From: the human T2T-CHM13v2.0 reference genome, Homo sapiens
DNA length: 64,000 nt
Direction of reading: 5' to 3'
Assembly: GCA_009914755.4 (NCBI GenBank)
Contig: CP068257.2
Coordinates: 21,888,001 to 21,952,000 of the forward strand
The notes beneath the pieces are model-generated. The model did not search any database and was not told the origin of the DNA. It worked only from the letters and a program-made list of their open reading frames with translations. The position numbers and the translations under genes were made by a program. Shown here piece after piece: positions 1 to 15,570 of the stretch; position 1 is the first letter of the stretch, and the number at the start of each line of letters is the position of its first letter.

Positions 1-2514
1 TTTCACCATATTTATCTTTTAAAAATTTGCTTTCATTCATTTAAAATACTCAACAGGAAAAGAGCCCAATAACATATTAAGTGCAGTTATAGCTTCCTCA
101 CATATCTGGTGAGTAATAAAATGCCTCAGAGGCAAAGATGAGAGCACAGAGACTTATTTCATGGTCCCGTTAGCTACATATTTATAATAACGAGAGACAT
201 TATGAAGACATTTCTAAAAGATATTCTAAAAGCCAGTCTAAATGTCAGACAAAATTTTTAAAAATCTAGTATTCAAGAGGTGAAGAAATGTTTAGAATAG
301 AATTTAAGTTAATGTCACAATAGGTTTCAATAATGTTACAAAGTTCATTCCTAGTTTTGAAATGTCTGTAAAAATAAAATTTAAAAGAAAAAATAGTATG
401 AATCAAATTTACGTTTAACTGAAGAATTTGAAAGGGACTGTGTATTTTACTTTATAAATCCATTTCATTGACAGTTTCTTGCAACATACGCCAATCATCT
501 TTACTGTACTATTTACTAATATCATTGTCCTAGCTTCAGACATGTAGCTACAAATCAGATAAAATATATGCAATACGCAACTAAATGCCATTTGAATATA
601 GGTAGAAATTGTAGTCTATAGAATAAGATGACTATGGAGAATCTGATAGTTCAATTAGGCAATGTGAGTGGGTAAGGAATTAAATTTATTTTTTTGCCCA
701 AACTGGGTGACAAAAATAGAAAGAAGTTATCAGTGAATTGTGTAAGGTTATGTATTGCAAAATGCTTTCAATTATAAACATCAGATTTCACTATTAAATT
801 AAAATATAGATTAAATTACTATTTAATCCTAAATATTTACTATTTAATTACTAAATTAAATAGCAATTTAATACATTAATTTCTATTTTAATCACTATTA
901 AAATATAGATTAAATTACTCAGATATGTGAAATCAATTGGAGAGCTCAGGCAATCCTAGAGAAACAAATCCTACATATGCAGCCACATTCACTAAGAGAA
1001 CCAGTCTCTCCCATCACTAACCTCAGTTGTTAGACTCACATTCATGCCACCTCTTTCATAGTCAATAACTTGTTCAATCCGAATACCTGTTACTAACTGA
1101 GGAGCCATCCCAATAGCTGATAGTGTCCAAAACAGGACATTTCTTGAAAATATATGCCAACAAAATAGATGCCTGACAATTTTGCCAAAAAAATACCAAA
1201 TTAATCTCGTGCCCATTCATGTGGTGTGATCTGAACCCCATCTGCTGGCCTACAAGGGACTGTAGAAAAGGTAATTATTAGTATGTCCACTTTTTCATAC
1301 AGATCCAGTTTAGAAAGGATATGCAATGGATGTTTAGCAAACTTAACTAGAGCATCTGCAGCAACCTACATCTTAAGTGCTCAATATCCACACTTTAAAT
1401 CAATAGCAACAGTAACATTATCTGCCTAACGCAACTATTCCTGCTAAAAACACACAGATGCGCACAAACTTCCCCCCCCACACACAAGCACGATAGTTCT
1501 ATAAAGTGATGCCCCAATTTTCATAAATTGTCAGTGTATTTTCTAGTTAAATCCCAATCTCATCTTGAATTTCATAATGAAGTGGTGAAATGTTACAATT
1601 AAAATGAGAGGAATCTAATCATAATATATTTTAGGGGAATCTATAGAGGGAACATGAACATTTAACCACATATCAGCATGAAGAAGAAACTGTGGGACAT
1701 CCTAGTGTACTTATGATGTACTAGTCATGAATTCATAGTTTACATTTAGAATGTCTTATTCCGGTAACCATACCACATCGACTTAGCATCTGCATATCAC
1801 ATCAGATAGTGGAACTTTTCTAGCTGTGTCCTTTGGTGTTTACACTTATGTCAGGATGAGTCTATTAACTTTTATTTTTGAAAATACAGAATATTTGGAT
1901 GTGTCCCATGGAATCATGGGGATTCAGAATACTTCTCCCTGCCTCCATCAAATTGTGATAAAATTATATCCCCTTGATAAATAAAGTAAATTTTGCCATT
2001 TAACAAGATGTCCTCCTTTTTTCTTCCTACTGGACTGGTGAAATGAATATTTGAACATGATCAGGAAGAAGAGTCAAATTCTAGCTTTCTGAGTTAACAT
2101 TGTTTTTCTGGTAGAAACATTCTCCATTTGATATCTGCTCTTTTATAAGACTAGATGCTCTTTTATGATAGGGTAAATGATAAGACGTGTGAATATCATC
2201 AGCACATTGATGGATCAGCATATCGCCTCAGTAATATAGTGAATAATGGAAAATTATGCATTCAGGTTTAGATATTCACCAATAGGGTAGTTGACAGAAG
2301 CAATACAGAAAGAAAACACAAGTAAGTAATCAGAATAAACTGTATATTCAGCAAATAAAATTGCTGGAGTTGGTTTAATATATTTGACTTGTCCTCTTAG
2401 TTATTATGACTGTTATTTTATCACTGGACAGAGAAAGCCATATCTCTGGGGACATCTGGAGACTGCTACTGAGTCTCATTTAAGGTAAATGCTACTAAAC
2501 TAAGTAATACTTTA

Positions 2515-2880
2515 CAATATGGTGGTGTTGCGGGCTAAATGTTTGTGTTTTCCCAAAATTTTTATGTTGAAGCCTTAACCCCCAATGTAACAATTTTCAG
2601 AGATAGGACCTGTGAGGAAGTGATAAAGGTTAAATGAGGTCATAAGAATGGGGCCCTAATCTGATGGAGCTGGCACACTTACAGGAAAAGGAGGAGACAT
2701 CAGATAACTCTCCACCAGGTAAAGACAAGCCAGGAAGAGAGCCATTACTGGAAACCTAATTAAACAGCATCTTGATTTTGGACTTTCCAGTCTCCAGAAC
2801 TATATGGGAAGTAAATTTCTGTTGTTTAAGCCATCCAGTCTGCAGTATTTTGTTGTGGTAGCCTGAGCTAACTGATACAG
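2515..2880 (+). mobile_element. Solitary ERVL-MaLR LTR (MLT1-like)
   Basis: Starts ...atatggtggtgttg...cccaaaatttttatgttgaagccttaacccccaatgt and ends ...tccagtctccagaactat..aaatttctgttgtttaagccatccagtctgcagtattttgttgtggtagcctgagctaactgataca. This matches the MLT1/MaLR LTR consensus as I remember it; no database check was possible. Confidence 0.6.
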
Positions 2881-4355
2881 GTGTATAATCTTTAAAACTT
2901 CTTTGTTGGGATCCAGGGGCTTTTTGTTTGTTTTTTTAATTTATGGCTAACAGGTTAAATAATCTAATAAACAGCCTTATTGGCCACTTGACCAGTATAG
3001 CACACAATATCTTGCTGTAAATTTTGCCAAAGCTCTCTGGAAACCAAGTCCATTGCAAAAATATGTGTTTTTCCTACTCTGTAGGCAAAGAGAATCCAGT
3101 GAAATAAGATGGTGATCTAAAGAGCTGTGCCTGGAACTCACTCGGGTCCCTCATGTCGTACTCTTTCTCCTGCTAAACAACATCATTTCCTTTTATTCAA
3201 AGCTTTTCATGAGTATGCTGCCTGCAGTCTTTAAGTCATTTGAGATTTCTGAGTCTGTCACACTGTTAGAGGTAAGCAAATGTAGAGAGTAAGCTGTAGT
3301 CTGTATTGCTGACATATTAACTTAGCCTATGATGTTAACATTAGTCTTGATTGAGTGCATCTGTAACTATTGGAAAGAATAGTCGTAACTGGAAAAGAAA
3401 GAGATTGACAGCCACTACTAAAGTCACCTTTTACAATGAATTTTTATGAGCCAATTCCAAGTGTCCATACACACCCCTTGAAATTAATGCTTTGTCAAGA
3501 ATCTCTCATGCCTGTTCTTTTCGTATCCTAAACAGGTAAGTAAACCCTTAGCTTTAATCTCGATTTACTATACAGCCATGCCAATGGTCATCTGTCTTAC
3601 TGGTAAATTGACTAATCAAGAGTACTATTTAAATTGTGCCTAGTGGGGAGATTTCCCTCTTCCGCTTTTCTTCAATATCACTCCTGAGCTATAATGTTCT
3701 AATTGTCCCTTTCTCCTCTGTAATTTTGTTACTGGAGTCTGATACTGAAATTGCAGAATCAGCTTCTTGATAATCTAGAGATGATCTTTGAATATATAGA
3801 GATCTAGAGATACTTTAAATAAGCATTGGATTCATTGGGTTATCCAGGTCAAGTGATAGAACTGTTCTACTGCTGGCTGGACCTGCTTTGAGATCATTGC
3901 TTTGCTATGAATGCCATATGCTCAAATGTGAAATATTTTAATTTTAGAATATGATCCATTAGCTTTCTTATGGGTAGGAATTTAAATTACAGGTTTTTGC
4001 TTTTTATCTTCGAAGGGGGAATTCTAAAATTTGCCAGACTGTTTCACTCCAGAAAAGTCATTGAATGTCAGATCCTAAATTTCTATAGGATTGATTGATC
4101 CAACAGTCTCTGGGACATATTCATCTAAATATAGCACAGGTAGCTTCTACATCTGCTGTCTACATTCACAGCTGTATAATATCAACAATGTAGTCAACGT
4201 TTATATGAGATAGTGAGCCAGTCAATATCCCTGCAGATTAATTTAGGGAACAGAGCCTGAGGCACCTAACAGATGGAAGACTGAGATAATGAACAGCAGG
4301 AAGACAGATTTAAACCAAACCATACCAGTATTATATTGAATGTAAATGTTTTAAT

Positions 4356-4577
4356 CCAGAGGCCAGCAATTTTTTTTTCTGTAAAAGTCCAGATAGTAAA
4401 TATTTTATGCTTGTGGGCCATATGGTCTCTGTCTCAACTACTCTACACAGTCCCTGTAGTGTAAAAACAGCCATAGAAAATACATAAAATGATGGTCATG
4501 GATGTATTCCAATATAGCTTTATTTACAAAAATAAGTAGCTGAAGAGATTTGGCCCCAAGGATTAATGACTCCTGCC
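4356..4577. mobile_element. hAT-Charlie non-autonomous element (MER20-like MITE)
   Basis: ccagaggccagcaattttttttctgtaaaagtccagatagtaaatattttatgcttgtgggccatatggtctctg...ccatagaaaatacataaaatgatggtcatggatgtattccaatatagctttatttacaaaaataag...gatttggcccc matches my memory of the MER20 consensus (caggggtcggcaaacttttt ctgtaaagggccagatagtaaatatttt ... ggatttggcccgcgggcc). Confidence 0.5.
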
Positions 4578-4579
4578 TA

Positions 4580-5950
<1,371 letters not shown>

Positions 5951-7442
5951 AGAAGGTGCTTGTTCTATCTGGAGGAAAGTAGCACCATCACATTCTCTGT
6001 GAGCCATGTACCCTACAAATCCTTGCTTCCTTGTTTTATCTCTTGATTGCTTTCAAACTAACTCATATGGCGTTTTTAATTCACTTCTGGCAATGCACAT
6101 GCTTTTTTTTTTTTTTTTTAGGTGTTTGTAATGTGTAAGAGAATTGGACTTAACAGAGAATCTGGCACATAGGCCCACTCTCAAGGGGAGGGGGGTACCT
6201 CTAGGGTGTCAGGAGGTAGGGTCACTGGGGCATTCCTAGAAGAGAAATAAAAGAGAAAAAGCTGCCATTTTCCCCAAACATGCAGAATTTTATGCACACT
6301 GGCAAACAAACAGAAGAAAACAACAGAATGAGATCATCTAATAAATATTGCAAAAATATTTGATATATTTCATCCTTATAACCCTCTAGGCTTACTCTGA
6401 TGGGCATCTGAGAGTAGTGATTTTATATTTGTCAGATAAATTGAAAAACTACTGTAAGATACTGAAACACATTGCTAGTTGGTTGCCCAGGCACATTGTA
6501 TTGAACAGAAGGAGATACAGCTACATGGACTGAATAAGAAGAGAGGGCAGACTGGGTTCAGCTGACATTTGTGCCATCTCACTTCTCAACTCCTTTATGA
6601 TTCTTTGACATCATAACATTGTACCCGTAGACTTCCCGCCCTGCCATGCTAAATGATAGTTCCAGGACTGGCAGCGAACTTTGGCAGGTCTATACCCAAG
6701 AGAGACATACTGTGGGTTAATTCTTAATTGTGGCATGTTTGTCTTGAGAGATGTTTCAGACAATTTTATTTCCACACCTCTCCCGGCTTTTTTCATGTCC
6801 CATTCCCACTCAAGCACTCATGTTTTCTTTAGCCAACCCACCCTGCTTTGTGCTTCCATCTGGGTATAGAGGAATCTCCCCTTAGCAAACCATATATTGA
6901 GTTTTCTGTCACCCTCTTTGGGTAATTGAGGACTGGCTAATCCATGCACTGAAGTCTGAGTCTAAGTTTCCGAAAAGACCAAGTCTATAAGTACCTGGTC
7001 CAGATGCCTGCTGTTTGTGAACCGCAGGCTCTGGTACTTCAACCCAAACACTCTGCAGCACATGTAGGGGCCTAAGTATTTTGAGTGTCCTACATATAGC
7101 CTGATATTTGGCAAACATCCAAAGCTATAGCCGTGAATAACCTTAATTGGGATGAAGGTTGTGAGAAATGAGTAGAAAACAGCAGAATTTCCAATTTTGT
7201 TTGATACAGGTTTGCTGGTATTTTCCTTGACTGAGATAAGAAAAATATACATAGATCTGTGTGTACACATATATATGTATGAATATATTTTGAATGAGGT
7301 TGTTTAAATAATATCTTGGTCTATTCTGTACATAAAGTTAGACTTTAAACATAAGATTGACACACATTCTGACTCAATCATAAACATTTTTTGTCAGAAT
7401 AATAAACATGAAGTATCTAAGAATCTGATCATTGACTACTCA

Positions 7443-7772
<330 letters not shown>

Positions 7773-9404
7773 CTACTATGTGACACATATTAAGTATTGG
7801 TAGCACAAGGATTATAAGAAAGAAGATATCCGTTCTCACCTGGCTTACATTGAAATATATTACATGCAATTTGACTCTACTCAATCAAGTTGGATAAGTA
7901 GTTATTGAGGGTGATACTTAAGATTGTGGTAAGCAGCGACCCATATTTTTGGGGGAAAAACAACACAAGTTCTGGACAGTAAAGATTTAAGACGTGCTAT
8001 CATGCTAAGAAGTATCAAGAACATGAGAGGAGCAATACTATAATAGATACACAATTAAGATGCAGTTACATTTTAAGATAAATGTTTTAAAACAAAAATA
8101 AACATTCTGAAATCCCAAAAGTAAATCAATTATTTTATAGTCAAGTAATATATTCAATTATGTAGCACAAAATGGCTTCATATTATCTGGTCCAAGACTG
8201 TATTAAGGAGATAAATAAAATAATTACATAGAGATTGTGGGTATATTATTATAAATAGAAAATAAGTTCAGACCATGAAAAGGAAGGTACTGGTGATGGA
8301 ACGGGAAAAGCTCAGGTCTGATATTTCATATTGTGAGAGCTCACAATGTTTCTGAAGAGCCCTGTATTATTATGGCCAGTAAATAAAACATTGAGACATA
8401 TTTGTACTCAACACATCTGCCTTTGATCTGAGCAGCATTTCTCAGACACTTCGAGTAGAATAAAATTCACTAATGAGATGATAGTCTAAAGAAGCCATTT
8501 AATCTAAGTTAAGCATCTAAACTCTGACGTGTATGACTGCAATTAATATCTGAAATGCCTGTCAAGGTTATACAGCTCTGCTGCTTTTGCAGCAGAAATA
8601 GCTTACTATTCTTAGAGACCTCAAACCTTCCTCTTCTAGATTGCATGGAAATCTTTCCTCTGGCACTGTGGGTTCTCATTAAGACATGCAGGATATAGAG
8701 TATTCCACTATACCTGTCTTCGTGTCAACCTTTAAAAAAGACCTTAAATAGTCATGCACAGACACACATGCATGTAGAGAAGGGAATCCAGAATGATAAA
8801 AAAAACCCTCAAAGGCACTAAATATGAGAAGGGAAGAGAAAAATAGTCTTATTTTTGATTGAGACAAGAATGATTCAAGGTGTCTGAGTGCTGTCATCTA
8901 ACATAAAAATTTGGAACATGGATTAGCCATATTGTACTTGCTACCTATATAGTTTAGGTCCAATTATTAGAAGTGGCAGAAGGACAGACTTGGCTAAAAT
9001 ATGTATTTTATTAAAAGAGCTCCTCAAAGATAGAGTGGGGAGCTTTAGAGCATAGAGTTCTTGATCATTGAAGAGTGTTGACTCTGTCTTGCCAATTGCA
9101 GCTAGAGTACCCACACTGGGCTAGCCTAGGGGAGCCACAGCTGTCCCTGTATTCCATGGCTGAGCTGCTTTGCAGATGAAAGAAAATTAAGGCATGTAGC
9201 TGTTTAGGAAAAGAAAAACTCAGAAAATGAACTTTTATAAAGTTTAATGTTTAGAAATACACGGGCTAAAATCCATTGCCCATGGAAATTCCTCCACTCC
9301 TTCCCTCTGCACATCGTTTGCCAAATCTTCCTCATAAAGGGATTATGTTTGCTGTCTTTTTCATCCATGGGAGGCTGGATTCATTTCCATGTCCTCATAG
9401 TCTG

Positions 9405-9428
9405 GGGAAAACAAACAAACAAACAAAA
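9405..9428. repeat. (CAAA)n short microsatellite
   Basis: aaaacaaacaaacaaacaaaaaac read directly. Confidence 0.7.
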
Positions 9429-10636
9429 AACGGTGTCCATTAAAGTTGGCTTCTTCTACTCAGGGGCCAGTTAAAGCTTAGGTCTGCACTACATCTGCCG
9501 TTACGTGTCTATAACGTAACATCTAAACTATTTTTAGAAATTCACTTTGTTCCTAGCACGGCAACTTTTTCTCTCTCAGTATCTTATTTTTATTCAGCTT
9601 CTGGTTAACATAAAATAACTCAATTTTATTCATTAGATCCTGAGCCGGTGTCTAATGTGAGGTACAAACACAAGTCAGAGAATGTCTAGGTAGTAATGCA
9701 AGAGAGGAAATTAACTAATTAGATTAATGAACTCTAATTTCCCTTTCAAACCTGGATTCTCTTAAGCCCAATGGCCCAGTACATCATTTGTCCTCAGCTT
9801 CGCCTTGAAAGCAGTGAAGCTGAGTCCTATTTTTTTTTTTCTAGTTACACTTCAATTTTTTGGTCTCTTTTGCTCCCAATATTTTCACCTGTGCAGGTAG
9901 ATGTAGATTTGGTAAGAGCAAGTATTTCTAACACAATTTGACATTTTAGTTAAACAATGTTATGCATGTAACATTATGTTAGGATTAAAAGAAAACATTC
10001 ACTCTTAGAGAAAAAGTAGGTAGTAAAAATTATATGGCCAAATACATCAAAAGGTCAAATAATGTAGGATGACATTCAAAACTAATACATTAAGAATATC
10101 ATGTAAGAAAATTTAGTATTTTTGCAAATATTTTGTCTGAAATGCTATAAAAGTCATAGAGCAATATATTTGGAAATTTTGAAAAATGATTGTTTAATAT
10201 TTGCTTGTATTTTGGTGATTCTATCTTTACTGCTCTCTCATCACAGTCACTCATTCACTCCCAAAATGTCACTCTGACTACAATATTGCTTTTTCAGACA
10301 TAATAACCTACCTTCTATCTGAAAAATATAACAGCCTCTTTCACATTCACATGCAGCTCAGTCCCTTTGCAATATTTAAGACTATTTACCATTATCTTCT
10401 TCTTAAAGTTTTTTTTTTTTCCCCCTCTGGCTTTTGTGATTCTATCTGGTTACACTTTTATGCCTGATCAATCACTTTTGCTACAACTTTCAAATCTAGT
10501 GTCTGCCAACACCATTCATATTTTATAGCATTTTATAAGCCTGTATCTTACCTGTTATCAGATGTTCTTGATTGGCCTGAGATGCATGTTCTTTGCTTTT
10601 TACTGCTCTATCCACCCGAATTATCTTATTTGCTAG

Positions 10637-10947
<311 letters not shown>

Positions 10948-13900
10948 ACATGATCTTTCACAGTCTGCATTTCCCACAAAGAACAATGACCCTGATTCAT
11001 CCAGTCATTCAGCTTACTCAGGAAACCCATCAAGGGCTTAAGAATCAGAAGTTGTAGATTTAAATTCTAGCCATTTCATTCATACATGTGTCTGGATTTT
11101 AACTACTTGATCAGTCCCTGGCAGGTTTGGTCTCTTAATATGTAACAGAATTAATAATAATTATGCTATAAGATATTTATAAGAATTAGAAAATATAATA
11201 TATGAAAGTGCAAAGAACAGTTTCTCAGACTTAGTAGAAGCCTCTGGATGTCCTTTATTTTGTATATATAAAGGAGGTTACCTGAAAAGATGATTACAAC
11301 TGCTATTATTATTATTGGCATTTTGTTCCATTTAGTTCATCTTAATAATAGTGTAATGAGTGTATTCCCTAAGGAGAAAATATAATTTAACAATTTAATC
11401 TTCAGTTAGGCTATTCTTTCAAAGTAGAGTTAACCCCAAAATAGCATAGTTTGTGAAGGCATTTACATGCCAAGCAGGATTAATTACTCCATGTCTCCAA
11501 TGATATATTATCCGACCTTTACTCAGATGTTGATTCTGTTCTATAATTTGTGGTTTAGATGATGACTCACATGTGAAATTTGTAACAAAGACCACACAGT
11601 AAACTTTATCCATAATTATGTCTTCTCTACCCAACATGAATTTTCACCTTTGTTGAAGCTTTCCAAACTATATCTCATATTGGCAACTTAATTGATCCCA
11701 AAATAACAAAAAATATTACCTAGATATACAGAAGGGTAATTTATGTGTTTTATTTGTTTACTTTGGAATTTGAGATATTTTATAATTCACATGAAGCTTG
11801 ATTAAGTTGTTAAAAGTGCAGATGCTTCTACCATTGCTGACTTCCAAGTTACCTGGAGAACATTCGAGTATCTTTGTTCTTTTCTCAATGGCCACCAGCC
11901 ATGTTACACAATATAAATGTGTGAATAGGAGTTAAAAATATGGATATCTACCTTTAATCTCCAATGTTGGAGGTGAGGTAAAGGGGAAGATAAAATACTA
12001 GACAGCCAATGGTTCTTACAGGGGCTTAGGTGAGTAATATGGTCCTAGGAAGGTTTGGGTAGGAAGGATAGAAGAAACACAGACTATGAGGCAAAACCTA
12101 GAAAGAAAATAGGCTGTGACTAGAAAAAAATGAAGAAGGAGAATCTTGCCATTCACTAGCTATTCACAAGTCTCCTAGCCTTTAGCTCAGCCACGACTAG
12201 TTCTATTGGAATAATAGCCCCTTGCAAAAATCTCTGTATTTTTGAAGATTATCCATCTTTTCTATAACCTTTCAGTGCCTCTGCAGAGAAATCCAACTCT
12301 CTCTTATATTGTTTACTATACATGTGCTTCCATCAGTAGTCATAAAATTATGTTTAAGATTTGTTATCAAAGCCTTAAAGCTATTTGAGGGGATCTCAAC
12401 AATTTGAATAATATTCTTAATGACTAAAATAAAAAATTCCAAAGCCCTATTTACAAGCCAACACCTGCTCTCTATAGTATTTCTATACAGTAAAAGTCAT
12501 TAAATTCAAAAAGATAGGCACATTAAACTTAATAAGAGATAAATCTTAGTCTCTGGGTGAATCTTTGACTTAAACTTTAGCAGCATTCTTACCAATTGAT
12601 GATATTAAGTGCTTTGTAAGTTTAAATGATTTTAATCCGGAAATCATTGTGTTGCTTTCTTTGCTTTCTCTATGTCTGCTACACAGAAATATCTGGTCTG
12701 CTGTAATTCACTCTGGAGTAATGCCACTGCGACCTGCTGATAATGGCTGGTTGCACAACAGTTGATCCAGAAGGACCTTGGCCAGGATGATTTGGCAGTG
12801 GAGCCAAAAGGAGTGCCACAAATATTGTTGCAGAAGTGATACCAGATTTGGAATAAAATATTCCCTCCCCACAAATGTTTCTCAGATGATGTTGTATCAT
12901 CTTATTTTATCAGACTCATCTCTGTTGTATCAGACTCATTGTATCAACACAATTGTAGATTCACTCTCAACATTCATTTCAGGCAAACTAGTTTTCTTAG
13001 AGTGTCTCCAGAGTTAACAAAGATTGTAAAGCAATGGAAGCCAATCAAGTCACAATAAAGAACCCCATTCTGATCTGTTTGTTTATGTATTAAAGAGAAT
13101 AGCATCCTCAGAATCATTTTTCATTTGTGTATAGCCATACAATCTCAGAATCAATAAAAATTTTTGCACATATATGCAAATATAAACTTAATTCATGTTG
13201 GTAATTTTAAATATTGAAATAGTAGCCTTGTATACTATTTTTTAGGCGTGGTCTTGTGGTTTTTGGTTGTTAGTGTTGTTTTCTCATTTGAATGCAGACT
13301 TTTTGTGGTTGTATTCCCCAATTTATTCTTTTCTCACTTAATGGTAAGAAGTGGGGTTTTGTGGTGATTATAATTTTTTAACTATTAATACAAGTCTATA
13401 TAAAATAACTGGAAGAGCACATGAATAAGTGACCAAGGAATAGTCAAGTATGGTAGATACATTATTTTCTCTAATTAGTATTTGTTTTAAAATCAAGAGT
13501 TTTCTGAAAGTTGTTTTTGTGTTTTGAATAAAATAATAGAATAACATTTGAGCTCTATTTCTCTGCTCTGAAGCCTGTAAGAGCCATTTACTTCATGACT
13601 GAGTTTTTCACTACATAGGTATATCTCAGTATTTCTATTAAAAAGGACCGTAGTACAGGTAATATAATGTCATGACTCAAGAAATCTGGTATTTCATTTC
13701 TCAAAGTATTCCAAAAAAGATAGCTAGTTGGATAAGTGACAGACAGATTGATACATAGATACAAAGATAAATAGATAAGTCGATTGAATAAAACAAAGGA
13801 ACATTTTAAAGAGTTTATTTGAGCAAACAGAATTTCATGAGTTGGTAAACACCAACCAAAAGGGGTTTTGGATTCTGATGAGGAAGCTCATTGGACAGGC

Positions 13901-14030
13901 TTTTATAAAGTGAGTGTTTTTGATTAGTTGAGCTTTGCAGTTCAAGTAAGATTAAGGTTAATTTCAAGACCTAATTGGCTTTGTCTGCTCAAGGATTTTT
14001 CAGGCCTGGTCTCCATTTCAATTTACCTTG

Positions 14031-14075
14031 AGAGAAAGATAGAGACAGAGAAAGAAAGAGATAGAGAGAGAATAT
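14031..14075. repeat. GA-rich simple repeat
   Basis: gagagaaagatagagacagagaaagaaagagatagagagagaat. Confidence 0.6.
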
Positions 14076-15263
14076 GTGCATACATAATATACATGAATAT
14101 TATATAAATCTGTGTAACATAGGAGAGAGGTCAGCAAATTTAATCTACAAAGTTAAAGAAAGTAAACATTTAGGCTTTGCATACCAAATGGTCTTTGTCA
14201 TCTCTACTCAACCCTGCCAAAGTAGCACAAAAGCAGCCAGGGACAATATGTAAATGAATGTACATTGCCAACCTGTAATATAGAATATAGGCTTCACATA
14301 TAAAATGTAATGAATCTTTAATTATGTAAATGTGATAAAATATATGTCACTTAAATCATATTTATAAATGAATGTGCATGCATTTTACTAAAATAATATA
14401 ATAAGGTTATATAAATGAATACCAATATGAGTTGGTATTTTCAGTCAAGCAAATTTAAATCTTGCATTGATTCATCAGATTTTTTTTTACTTCTAAAATT
14501 CTGTGTTATTTATTCATATATAACACTATGTGGTTAACATTAGTGGATATGTAGGATATCGTAATCTTATTCTAGCAGGGCACAGTCCTGCTAAAGATGA
14601 ATTCAGTTTACATTGTTTAAATACTACACATCTGAATCTTCAAAACTAAAATTCTGTGAGAACAGGGATTTCAATTTTCTTTTGACATCACAATAGAAAC
14701 AACAAAATAATGACTTTATGCATAGAGTTGAATAAATTTACCAAGTAGAACCGTTTTCTTCTCTAACCAAGCACCAGTTGGTCAACATCTCAGATCCTGC
14801 AACCTTGGACTGGCTGGTCTGCAATGGTGTTTTGGGTTGTTTTGTTTATTTATTTATTTTTCTGTTTTCCTTTTGTGTAAGATAAAGCACTGCACTATAC
14901 ACAGATATAAAGGTAATATCACATAAAATATCTACCAGCTTTAGTAGCTGGGGGGAATTATTACCTCTATGTCCAAAACAAGGATGAGCACAGAGGCAAT
15001 GAAAAACAAACCAGAAATAGGTGTGTTAGGGCTTTTAATCAGGTTTAACGAGAGGTCATAATTTATCCAATTATGAAGGTTTGTATTTTATTTGCTTGCT
15101 GAGATGTTTAAAATTCTTAGAATCTGATAGGAACAATAGAGACTGGGGACTGCTTTAGAGGGGAGGGTAGGAAGGGGGCATGGGTTGGAAGGCTATATAT
15201 GGAGTACTATGCTCATTATCTGGGTAAGCATTGTACCTCAAGCCTCAACAAAACACAATTTAT

Positions 15264-15570
15264 GGCCGGGCGTGGTGGCTCATGCCTGTAATCCCAGCAC
15301 ATTGGGAGGCCGAGCCGAGCAGATCACCTGAGATCAGGAGTTGGAGACCAGCGTGGCCAACATGGTGAAACCCCGTCTCTACTAAAAATACAAAAATTAG
15401 CAGGGCGTGGTGGCGTGCGCCTGTAATTCCAGCTACTCGGGAGGCTGAGGCAAGAGAATCGCTTGAACCTGGGAGGCGGAGCTTGCAGTGAGCGGAGATT
15501 GCAATGCACCATTGCACTCCAGCCTGAGGGGCAAGAGTGAGACTTTGTCTCAAAAAAGAAAAAAAAAAAA
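15264..15570 (+). mobile_element. Full-length Alu (AluS-like)
   Basis: ggccgggcgtggtggctcatgcctgtaatcccagcacattgggaggccgag...gtggtggcgtgcgcctgtaattccagctactcgggaggctgaggcaagagaatcgcttgaacctgggaggcggagcttgcagtgagcggagattgc...tctcaaaaaagaaaaaaaaaaaa. A possible target-site duplication is AATTTA(t/c) (flanks aaaacacaatttat | ...aaaatttactcaca). Confidence 0.9.

Noticed and set aside
6103-6120. Isolated 18-nt poly(T), considered as the tail of a minus-strand Alu or SINE
   Set aside because: No Alu-like sequence follows it. It sits at the degraded end of the L1M fragment and was left unannotated.
6600-7270. Cluster of four short ORFs on both strands in a region with about 7 CpGs
   Set aside because: Same reasoning: no coherent frame or motif. 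It may be an old unrecognised repeat or neutral sequence, with no supportable feature call.
12640-13020. Three overlapping ORFs (73-79 aa) in different frames and strands around a GC-moderate patch, considered as a possible exon
   Set aside because: No frame shows protein-like composition or recognisable motifs. Openness of several frames at once points to local stop-codon scarcity rather than coding. I could not identify splice-site context. This remains unverified rather than disproven.
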